From positions 112,343 through 176,342 of the forward strand of contig NW_015162029.1 in assembly GCF_001447785.1 (NCBI RefSeq): a stretch of DNA of 64,000 bases. Reading direction: 5' to 3'. Numbering within the stretch: the first letter of the stretch is position 1; the number at the start of each line of letters is the position of its first letter. This stretch comes from Gekko japonicus (Eukaryota). The notes beneath the pieces were generated by a model. It made no database searches. It was not told where the DNA came from and saw only the letters and a program-made list of their open reading frames with translations. Made by a program: the position numbers and the translations under genes. Of this stretch, positions 36,401-47,074 are shown one piece after another.

Positions 36401-38091
36401 CCACCTCATCCATTAAGGTTCACTTGGCAGTTATTGCAGCTTTCCATAAAGGTGTTTTAGAGGGTCATCAGTATTTTCAGTAACCAAATAAAAAATGTTA
36501 CTTAAAGGTTTACACAATTTGTATCCTCCTGTTCCACAGTGGAGTCTTTCTCTGGTTGTGACAAAGTTAATGTATAAACCTTTCGAACCCATGGCTAAGT
36601 CTGATGTAACTTTTCTGTCATATAAAACAGCCTTCTTGGTGGCTATTACATCAGCATGTAGGGTGGGGAGCTACGTGCACTAAGATGTGATTCTCTCCCC
36701 CCTTTTCAAAGTTCCATCCAGACAAAGTAGTGCCCAGGCCTAGCTTAGATTTTTTTTTAACCAAAAGTAGTCTCTCAGTTTCACTTGAAACAGGATATTA
36801 CCCTCCCAAAGTTTTTCCCATTCCCTACTTCCACTTCTGAAGAAACATTACATTGGATGTCAGGAGAACACACCTTTTTATTTAGAATGCACAGAAGAGT
36901 TAATCTGCTGCACAGGTCCTAATAAAGGCAAACTAGCATCCAGATGGGTAGTCTCCACTATCAGATTAGCATACAGAGTCCAAGAGGCCATGCCCCATTG
37001 CATTGAAAGCTCACTCCACAAATACCTCAGCGGTATTTTGGGGGTCTTTAAAGCCAAATACAGATTAGAGAATCTGATTCGGCTATTGATATAGCTGAGC
37101 CTGAACAAAAGCCAATGTTATTCTGCTTTTATTCAAGCACAGCTTGAAGTTCAGTAATTCACTTACTGAATTGCATGGCCACAGCATGGCTTGGAGAAGG
37201 CATTTAAAGAGACCGTGGCCTCATTAAATGCCTTTCCTTCCCTCCATTGAAAGCAATGGAGGATCCGGGCACCTTCTTTGGGAGCCCATAGAATTGGACC
37301 CCCTGGTCCAATATTTTTAAAACTGGGGGGGTGAGGAGAGGTACCAGTAGCTATGCTGCAAATTTGGTGTCTCTACGTCAAAAAACAGCCCCCCCAGAGC
37401 CCCCAAAACCCCTGGATCTATTCTCCATTATACCCTATGGTTTCCCAAATCTGAATACCATACTGGTATTGGGATTCGGGAATATCAGGAAATGCCAATA
37501 TTTTTTGGGTTCAGTTTACCTGAACCCGAAAAATACTCGGTTTTTTTGCACATCTCTAATCTGTAAAGTGGGTACCTAGTCAACACTCTTAACTTTTATC
37601 AGGCACTACTCCGTAGATGTGGACTCTGGGAACAAAGCTGCTGTGGGAAGAGCAGTGTTGCAGTCAGTCTTTCACTGATGAACATACACCTACCTCCTCT
37701 GTAAGTGAGCTCGCTAATCTCCTATGTGGGACTGTGCAGAAGCCATGAAAATGAAAACAGGGTTGCACTTACCTGTAACTGTTGTTCATTGAGTAGGCTT
37801 CTGTGCAGGCACACATCCCTCCCCCCTCTCTTCATTTTGAGCTGTTCTGCTGACTTCTATGGCACCTCACGGCAGCGAAGGGAGAGAGGAGCGATCTCTG
37901 TGCCTCTGTCATGTGACCCTTTGAGCAGGGAAAGCAGGACTCAAGGGGGGGGTGCTCCTAAGGTCTGGAAAGTTCTGGAATCTTGAAAACTCATCTCCCA
38001 CAGCAGGCCTGCAATTGCACAGTATCCATGTGTGCCTGCATAGAAGACCACTCGATGAAGAGCAGTTACAGGTAAGCACAACCCTGTTTTT
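33429..38091 (+). mobile_element. DIRS1-like tyrosine-recombinase retrotransposon, both termini present, internally decayed
   Basis: gag Zn motif FKTCGDCGSKM..CLLCL; LAP2alpha-like segment; RT LKDTYF..STAP; RNase H TDASLTGW; YR PQWSLSLV..FEP..KTAFLVAITSA, AHST, FIRHY; inverted termini plus internal complementary region at ~37725-37815. Confidence 0.9.
37020..37558. mobile_element. hAT-type element (TAGAGATGTG family) nested in the DIRS YR gene, left end missing
   Basis: Right terminus ..gcacatctcta; YR sequence stops at AHST and resumes at ICKVGT. Confidence 0.6.
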
Positions 38092-38949
38092 CCCTAATTC
38101 CCAACTGATACAGTGTGCTTACACTGCTGAATCTTGGCCAGCCTGACCATATAAATTCTCAAGATGTGTGAATATATCAAAAAACCAGATGTGAGAGCAA
38201 AGGGTAATAAATACATAAATATGCCAGCTTCATTACAGATAGCAAAAAGTATTCTCCCAGGAAATATCTTGAAATACAAAAACAATCAGATAATGTTGCA
38301 GAAAATATCATCCTAGCTATCATAATAGCAAAACAGAGAGGGAAATTTCTGATGATGGGTATGTAAATGAAGCATACAAATATGACCAGGATTCCATCAA
38401 TTCTTTTCAAAGAAAATCAAAGCGTTTGTAGAAGCTTTCTCTTGTGTAGTTTCCCATTTTTTTTCTCTTAAAAGACTGCTGAGATAAGAAACACTTGCTT
38501 CTCTACTTGAAGGGAAATGTTTGACGTGGAGCTAAGCTTGCATGCCCTCTTAGCTATAAATAGATATTTTTTCCTCCATTGATCCTAATGAAATTCTTCA
38601 CTGATGATGGAAGCAGTTGATATTTTTATGAGAGGAAACAAAAGTGTATGTGATTGATAGGACTGCTAATGAAATAAGTGGAAGAAATACTCCAGTTTAA
38701 AAACTGTTGAAAGATACGTTCATGAAACTTTCTGTTCCCTAAAAACCACATACAGCTGACAGAGGCTGGCTGTGGCTTTTGTTCTTTGACTTTTATGAAA
38801 TGTATTGTCAGCCAACTGAAGGGTTTTTAAAAAATTTAAACCTTTAATTTCTTTTGCCTGGAGCTGTCCACAGAGAGCCTGTGAATGAATTCCCACCCTC
38901 CCATCTCACTGGTTATCAAAAAATAACTATGTCTGTCTAAGAATGTCTA

Positions 38950-39211
38950 AGAGCCAGTTTGGTGTAGTGGTTAAGTGTGTGGACTCTAATCTGGGAGAAC
39001 CGGGTTTGATTCCCCACTCCTCCACTTGCAGCTGCTGGATGACCTTGGGCAAGCCATAGTTCTGTCAGAGCTGTTCTCTCAAGGACAATTCTGGAAAGAG
39101 CTCTCTCTGCCCCACCTACCTCACAGGCTGTCTGTTGTGGGGAAGGGAAGAGAAAGGAGTTTGTAAGCCGCTCTGGGACTCCAAGTGACTCCAATCTCCT
39201 CCTCTTCTTCT
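38950..39211 (+). mobile_element. Squam3B-type SINE
   Basis: Same head, boxes and tail as 19018. Confidence 0.88.
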
Positions 39212-39349
39212 AATATTAAATCTTCCACTTGATTTATTGAAATAAAAAGGAAAATCTTCATTAATCAGCAGGTGGTGATTTTGTGTATGTGTGTGTGTAG
39301 AGCTGGTCCATCGTGGCTAAGAGGAAGCTATGATCTGGGAGGTCACATG

Positions 39350-39552
39350 TTTATTTATTTCATTTATACCCCACCTTTCTCTCTACTGAAAACCCAAAGT
39401 GGCTTATGTCATTTCCTGCTCCTCTGTTTTAACTTGACAACAAGGTTATGCTGTGTGCCTGGCCCAAGGGCATCCAGCAAGCATTCATGGGGATCCATAT
39501 TGGGTATCCCAGATCCTAGTCTGACACTCTAACCACTATACCACACTGGATC
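39350..39552 (-). mobile_element. Old Squam3-like SINE
   Basis: cctagtctgacactctaaccactataccacactgg is the reverse complement of the Squam3 head. Confidence 0.7.
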
Positions 39553-42500
39553 TCAAATTTCTTGGCTACGAACTCTTTCTTACATCGCTCCCTTGTCTGC
39601 AGCATAGGCTGATAATATTGGTCTCCCTCATAGGGCAGTTAAATGGATTACTGCCATAGTGTATTAAAATATTTGGATGCTGAAAGCACTACATAAATGC
39701 TTATTTTATTAATATAGGATGAATAGTTTGTGAGATTTATAGGTTGCCTCTCTGGAGAGCTGCTCAAGGCAGCTAAGAAAATAAAAACAAATTAACAATA
39801 AGATCCTAAAGTCCATCAGAAATAAATCAGTAATTAAATCACCAGAAAGGGGATGAAAACTGTATAAACAGCAGCAAACCGATTCCAGAAGAATCATAAC
39901 ACTGTAATAATAAAATAGCATTCAGGCATTATGCAGGCCATAAAAACAAGCAGCTAAAATGACTGCTATCAGAAAAGTTTTGTTACTCATGGTACCTATC
40001 CAGCCAAACTTTTTAAAAGAAGAGACCTTGGAGCCCAAAGTAGTCCTTTTAACAGGTCATGTTTGGTAAACTTTGCAAAAAAGATTTTGTAATTGTAATG
40101 TATTTTGTATGTGTGGGGCTGTATATTGTTATAAGGGGACTGGGAAGGAACAGCAAGGTGTAAGTATAATCCACAACAGCTGTGATTTTACAGGGATTTA
40201 AAAATAGCAGATTACAAGTCAGGAACCCATCAAATTCATGGGGTGGGAATCACGTCCAATCCCCTCACTCACCAGGCCAGCCAGCTTACCACTTAGTGCT
40301 GCAGCTATAGACAGAGTCACCCGGCCCTATCGAGGACGGGGGTTGGCTGAAGGAGGTCTTTGGAATGTTTGTATAAACATTTCCCTACTTTGGACCTGAC
40401 CCTAGTGTGCAGATTTAGTAATCCATACACAAGGGTCCCAAGTCAGAATTAGATACAAGATACTTTTCAGTAGTATTCTGTTTAAGTTGATGAATTTAAA
40501 AAAGAAAATAACAAACAGCAACCACAGCTGTCCTGATCTATAGATCATGTCTCCGACCTTAATGTTGGTGAAGTTCATTCAGGTAAGAATTTTCTCAAGT
40601 AGGGATGGTGGTCACTCTCCATACTTGCAGTTAAGTAATGTTTTTTAAAAATGTGCTTTGAAGTTATGATACTGATAGCATTTCCATAATGTTTAGTTCA
40701 ACCTATCTTGTGTGCTGCCATCATTATGGTACATGTTCTCTCCTTCTAGCAGCTGTCAAATGGAATGAGGAAGTGAATTTCACATCATAATGACATTAGG
40801 ACATAGGTGAATCGAACTAGTTTATGAAGGAGGGATGCAGGAAGCTTGGGGCTGCCATTTTTGGTAGTATTGTATGTTTTTTGTGATATTTTTGTTCTCT
40901 CAAAATTTGAAATGAGACCACTTCTAAGCTGGCTGATCTTTTCATGACCCACTGGTAAAGTAACTCCATGCTATTCTGTCCATCTTCAGGAATCTCGTAC
41001 CAATTGGCATCAAATTAGTTCACGTTTTATTTTTAATGTTTAGTGTTTAAAAATGTGTAGCACTCTGTAGTAACAGGCTATATTTCATGACTGTTTTGCT
41101 CGGTAAGCAGAGACAAATCCAAATTTGCTGTTGAGCCTTCGAGCCCAGAATTTAAGAGCCACTGTCTCAATGCAAAATGATTATGCTGCAATTTCAAGCC
41201 TACAATGAGGCTTTTAAACAGTGATTGCACAGACTTCTAATGTTTATAAGTAGTTTTTCATCCACTAAAAATGTTTGGCTAGCACAGTGCTTGGGCCACA
41301 ACAGGGAAGTTTGAGACACTATTTAAGTTTTAGTGCATTCCATAAATAGGCTCAGCATGTGCCTTTTAATCACCAAAGGCTCATCGAAAAATACGGTTGT
41401 GGATAGACTAGATATTTTAGTTCTGTTTTCCCCCAATATTTTCTGAGTATTAGAAAAATGATCTCTCAATAGTCATTCATTATATACATAAAGGTACTTT
41501 TTGTCCATCAGAAAGAAATGACAATACTTGGACTGTTCATAGCTCAATACTTTTTTTATATGACAAAAGCTTTTCTGTCATTGCTGCTATTGTACAGCTG
41601 ATTTGACCTTCTTTTTGCACCCTTTTGGCTTTGATGTCTGTCAGAAGAACTTGCTGAAAGAAGCACTTGAATAAAAGCACATTATGCACAATTTTGGCAT
41701 TACTGCTGTGACAGTATTATTTAAACAGCAACCAAAAGACATTTACTGTTGTTGATATAGCGTATCCAAGCCTAGTTCATATGGACTTACTTGACAAACT
41801 GTTATGTGAGGCAAAACTTGCGTACCAGCAAATAAATGTACTTTCACATATTTACACGTTATTGAACCAGACTGTAGGCCTGTATTTGCCTGTATTTGAA
41901 TATAGTCTCCCCAGTGCAGCACAGAAATTCTGCAGTGATCTCTACCTTCAGTGGATCCAGGCTATATAGAGAGTCAATTGCAAGCTATATGCTTGGGACT
42001 ATCAGTGCCATTACAGGCAATATGGAACGCTTGGTTTTGTTCAGCTTCTTGACACATTGTAGAAAACCAATGTGACACACCTGATGAGGTTTCATTAGGT
42101 TGCCTTATTGGTCAAATGTCACAGAATCACCTTGGATGTGAAAAAGAAAATCATAACCCTGTTGATTTAAGCATTGTGAATGGAAGGAAATGAGTTTGAA
42201 TTGAACTTATATTCGTGGACAGGTGTCCAGAATTGTTTAACTCTGTTTCAGCTACTATTTTACTGTGAATTGCCTGCTTTCATTCAAGTATGTTACTCTT
42301 GATAATATCTGAAGTACATGTTAATTTAACTGAGGTTGTTGTGATACTGAATTGCAAGAATGGTTGTTTGGGAACAGCCGCTGATATACCGTATGTTTGT
42401 TCCTTAATACTGATGTTTATCTACTGCCTGGATTTTGAGTATACTCTGTCAATACCAGTCAATGTGGAATAAAGCAAAACGAGTTATCAAAAAGGAAACC

Positions 42501-42770
42501 TTACTTGAAAATAAATTTCTTGTGTTAAGTGTGTATTTGTTTCAGGGCAGTGAGAGTAGAGCATCATAGGCAGAGAACAGTTATTAAAAACATGCTAAAA
42601 ATGATTATTTATGAAGAGGTTCATTTAAATGAAATATATATTACTTTTACATTGGAAAGAGTTCTTCAGAAAGGGTAACAAAAGCTGAAACCAAACTAAC
42701 CTATCATTTTAAAAGAAAGCATTCTAATATTAATATGTGGGTTATAGTAATATTTTTGTTTTTCTTAAAG

Positions 42771-42847
42771 GAAATACCTACAGTTCTGCTTATTCACCTG
42801 ATGGATAGGCATGAAGGTACATGGACCATTCTGCCACTAATGCATGA
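42771..42847 (+). CDS. B3GLCT: B3GLCT coding exon 5 (77 nt)
   Basis: taaAG/gtaagt. EIPTVLLIHLMDRHEGTWTILPLMH(D) vs human [26 protein letters not shown]. Confidence 0.96.
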
Positions 42848-42876
42848 GTAAGTGTGCAACTCTGGTATTGTTATGG

Positions 42877-43241
42877 NNNNNNNNNNNNNNNNNNNNNNNN
42901 NNNNNNNNNNNNNNNNNNNNNNNNNNNNNNNNNNNNNNNNNNNNNNNNNNNNNNNNNNNNNNNNNNNNNNNNNNNNNNNNNNNNNNNNNNNNNNNNNNNN
43001 NNNNNNNNNNNNNNNNNNNNNNNNNNNNNNNNNNNNNNNNNNNNNNNNNNNNNNNNNNNNNNNNNNNNNNNNNNNNNNNNNNNNNNNNNNNNNNNNNNNN
43101 NNNNNNNNNNNNNNNNNNNNNNNNNNNNNNNNNNNNNNNNNNNNNNNNNNNNNNNNNNNNNNNNNNNNNNNNNNNNNNNNNNNNNNNNNNNNNNNNNNNN
43201 NNNNNNNNNNNNNNNNNNNNNNNNNNNNNNNNNNNNNNNNN
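42877..43241. other. Assembly gap (N run)
   Basis: 365 Ns. Confidence 1.
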
Positions 43242-43785
43242 GAATGCCGAAACAGATTTTTCCACTTTTGATCTCTGCTGCACCACAGATGTCACACTGG
43301 CAGCTAACCCCTCCCAAGGGGAGTGGAGTGCCCACCCCCTTATGGGTGGTCCCCAATTTATCTACTTGCCGAAGCTTTCGAATCGCTGGGTAGATGATAA
43401 GCTAGGGACAAGGCTTGGCTGCTCACACCAGCACGGGGCTAGAACTGACAAAGCTTGGCAAGTTCAGATGTAATAGTTATGCAGGGATTTACCCACTGCG
43501 CCACCGCTCTCCTTTTATTATTAACGCGGGCTGTTCCCAGCTTTTAGCGGTTAGTGCTCAGACTTCTGGGAAGCGGAATGAAGTGGGATAAACGGGCTCT
43601 CCAGGATTTGCTACCACTTTTACCAGGTATCTTTTAAACCTGGGAGGCAAGTGCTACAAGACGGGTTGAGTACAGGTGGGGAATGCCAGACAGATGTTCC
43701 TGTGTGAATGGCCCCTTTAATCCGCTTGTGAAACGCTCCTCACACGTGCTTATATCGGGGCAAACTGCCAGTCTGAACTCAGCCT
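43242..43785. mobile_element. Probable MITE (Harbinger-like terminus); left end in the gap
   Basis: CpG-rich segment ending gtctgaactcagcc, with a nested gtgtgaatggcccc terminus. Confidence 0.4.
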
Positions 43786-44384
43786 GTGTCTGTGTTGTAA
43801 GGGGTCTATTCTAAACAGATAACTAAGGCCTTGATGGACTTGTGCACTTTTCTTCTAAAGACATTTTCCTTTAGAATTGTGTGTACTGTGACATGATTCT
43901 GTGATTGCTGTTGTGATGTCTTTGGGTCCATCGATTGTTTTTAAGACTGTATCCTACAAGGAAATAGAAAAAGACATTGCATGAAAATACACAGTCTTTG
44001 GTATTTTCTTGTAAAAGACAAAGCAATAGTTAGGAGCAGTTCATATAACAAGAAATTGGCCTTGGCTGCAAAGTACATTTGTTAGCAATGATACCTTCCC
44101 ATGGAGCCGAGAGGATGTCCTGATCACTCCATTAGGTTGCCACGTTTGTTTTTAGTTACTCAAGAGAGTAACACTTTCTGTACCTGGGCTAATAACCAAT
44201 CTGGCCACATCATGTGAGAGTCTGATGACTACTTGGCCACACAGTAAGAAGCATTATGTTTTCCATGTTCCTTCTGGTTACATAAATAAGCCTTTCAATT
44301 GGTATATTTTAAAAATCCTTTATTCCTGCATCTTAAATACGTAATTCCTTTCTAAACTATAACTCAGACTCTTTCTTCCATCAG

Positions 44385-44496
44385 CTTTTCTGCTTCATAC
44401 AGCAGAAATACCTCATGGATTTTTTTCTGTGAAGAAGATACAAGAATACATATTGTAAGGCTGCTGGAAGTACTTAGAAGATATGACAAATCTAAG
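44385..44496 (+). CDS. B3GLCT: B3GLCT coding exon 6 (112 nt)
   Basis: atcAG/gtgaaa. [37 protein letters not shown] vs human [37 protein letters not shown]. Confidence 0.97.
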
Positions 44497-46029
44497 GTGA
44501 AAAATATTAATTGGTCAATTACGTTTGAAGTATATTTTGTGGGAATGAGGCTGTAGAAACAACTGAGATGCAGAAGATCCGTAGTTAGATCACTCAGTAT
44601 TTTGTTTTTTTACTTAAAAAGCTAATATAATAAATTGATGGGGGAAATGGCATGAGGGAGGCAGTTTAATCCTTTCTCTTGAGTCATCTAAATCAGCTTT
44701 TATTCCCTGGGTTGATTTGTTTCCATTTGTCCTTCCAATTTTCTTCCCATTCTCTCACCTTACATGTGAAATCTTAAGAAGAGTTACCCTTCTAAGCCTG
44801 TTTACTTCTGTAGAAGGGTGTAGCTCTGTTTGATACTACACTTCTAACATGAACAAAAGTTAGTTTTGACCATTACAATTTGTTATCAACTTTGTTGTAA
44901 TAGTTACTGGTGGTTCTTATAACTCCAGGAAAAATAAAGCTTCCTTCTAGTAATGTACTTGCTTCTTTCTGTGAATTAGTACCAAGGTATTAATTAGTTA
45001 GGTGTATCATGTAGTTCCTTTGCTGCTTTTTATTTTTATTTTTGCTTTTTAAAAATATTGGTATTGATATTTTGATCACCTTTGGCCATGAAATTATTCT
45101 TATTTGAGCTAATATTCATGTCATTTACATGGCAAGCACCCGACTAGATCATACTTCTTTATTCACAGTTATTCAATAGACAATTTGTGATGTATTATTG
45201 AAGTGAAATTATTGTGTAGAAAAAAGTGTCAAGCCATAGAATAGCTTTTCAATTCACCACTTCACTCTTGATAAAATGGATTTTTGGTTTGTAGAACTCG
45301 TGTGTCATAATGGTGTGTAGTGCACAATACACCATTATAACATACAACCTCTAGATTGCATTTGAAATTGCATCTTTTGGACCAAAATAGGAAGGCATAT
45401 TATTGCAGTACCACCTAAGGTGTATGTACCTCATTAGGACACAAAGCGATAACATATGAGGCCTCTATTGTACTCCTTAGCCTTGAGCCACTAATAATTA
45501 TTATAATATAATTTTCACTTTGTCATATTGATTAATAGTTTGTTTTATTATTGCAACACAGAGCCTATGTGTATTATTTATGCTTGACCACTGAAGAAGG
45601 CCAGTGAATACTGTATGATTTTAATTCTTGTTGAGGCTACATTTGGGCCTATAACTTTTTAAAAATAATTTGTAGTACATGCTTGTATTTTTGATAACCT
45701 GTGTTATTTGTATGTTAATGCTCTATATCTATTGATTTTAAGAACAGGCCTTCCTATTTGTATGTATTTAACCTTTTAGGTTCTTAATTCATATTAATTG
45801 GGTTAAGTTTTTTGTTCCCCTTCTACTTTTTTTGTCTTGTCTGGTATTTCCAAAATGCCCCCCCCCACTGCTTTATGTTTTAATTGATCAGGCAGAAAGT
45901 TGGGATATACATTTTGTAATAAATAAAATGGTCAGTGATATTTCTCTGAAAAAATGTATGTCTGGGTTATGACGTTTGATGCTGTAGCTTTGTTAAAATT
46001 GTAAATACTGTGCTTTTCTTCTCTCACAG

Positions 46030-46166
46030 GAACTTTTTCTAGGCAAAGCATTACATGATGATGAATCTACAATTATTCACCATTATGCCTTTGCTGAAAA
46101 TCCTACCATTTTTAAATTTCCAGATTTTTCTGCTGGCTGGGCACTCAGTATACCACTTGTAAATAA
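46030..46166 (+). CDS. B3GLCT: B3GLCT coding exon 7 (137 nt)
   Basis: cacAG/gtaaga. [45 protein letters not shown](K). Confidence 0.97.
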
Positions 46167-46645
46167 GTAAGAATTCAGCTTTGTGTGTGGATTTTTTTTT
46201 GTGTAAATTGGTTTACTAAGCACTAATATTTGTAAAGTGGCTTTGGAAAGGTAAAACTTACTATTAGGTATTAAATATTTCTTTCTGTGGGTACATATGC
46301 AGATGAATTATTTGATTGCAACTGAGATTTTATCCAAAGTTAAGTAACCATAAGCACTTATTATTGTTCACAGTATAATAATAGGGAATTATAATAAGGC
46401 ACATTAATAAGCAATTAAAACTATATAAATGTGCATATTAGAAATAGATATTTGCATATATATTAGAATTCAATCAAATTTAGGTTACATCTGCATTCAT
46501 TTTAAAGTTTTGTATAATCTCTGCATAAGTGGAGAATATTTTAATATTACAGATGGGAGAAATTTTAAAAAACTCAATAAATAGTTGAATACGAATCAGT
46601 GAAGTCTTTGCATATCTAGAAGCAAAATATCTTTTGGAATATGCT

Positions 46646-46800
46646 GGAAATTCTAAATATAAAGAACTTCTTGTTTTCCTTCCCTTTTGTTGACTGAAAA
46701 TTTTATTTATATACTGCTTTCCCCTGACAGCGGGCTCAGGGCAGGGAAATTCTAAATATAAAGAACTTCTTGTCTTCCTTCCCTTTTGTTGACTGAAAAT
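46646..46800. repeat. 56-bp direct repeat flanking a 43-bp retroposon 3'-tail fragment
   Basis: 46646-46701 equals 46745-46800 with one mismatch. Confidence 0.9.
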
Positions 46801-47074
46801 ACTGATAATATGAAAATAATGAATATTTCTTATAGTACCAATTCATTGCTAAATATTTGCCCCTGTTTTATAATCTGAACATATGTCCTGGGTAGCAATT
46901 ACTTGCTTCAGGAGACTCAGGGCGGCCACAACAGTTATATCACAACACTGTCACAAGAAGCAATATCATAATAACAATGTTAAAACATACAATTTAAAAC
47001 CAGATTAAAACAAATTCAAATACAATGGCAGACAAATTCATGGAAGTCCAGAGTGTCTCCTGTATGGCCCATCT

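Noticed and set aside
40217-40540. Possible solo LTR (tcagga...tcctga); similar impression at ~18020-18650
   Set aside because: No TG..CA ends or TSD could be confirmed.
41400-42480. Repeat-poor AT-rich stretch with AATAAA resembling a 3'UTR or conserved element
   Set aside because: No ORF, TSD or recognisable homology; needs a cross-species alignment.
42837-43473. ORFs spanning the second gap
   Set aside because: N-run artefacts.
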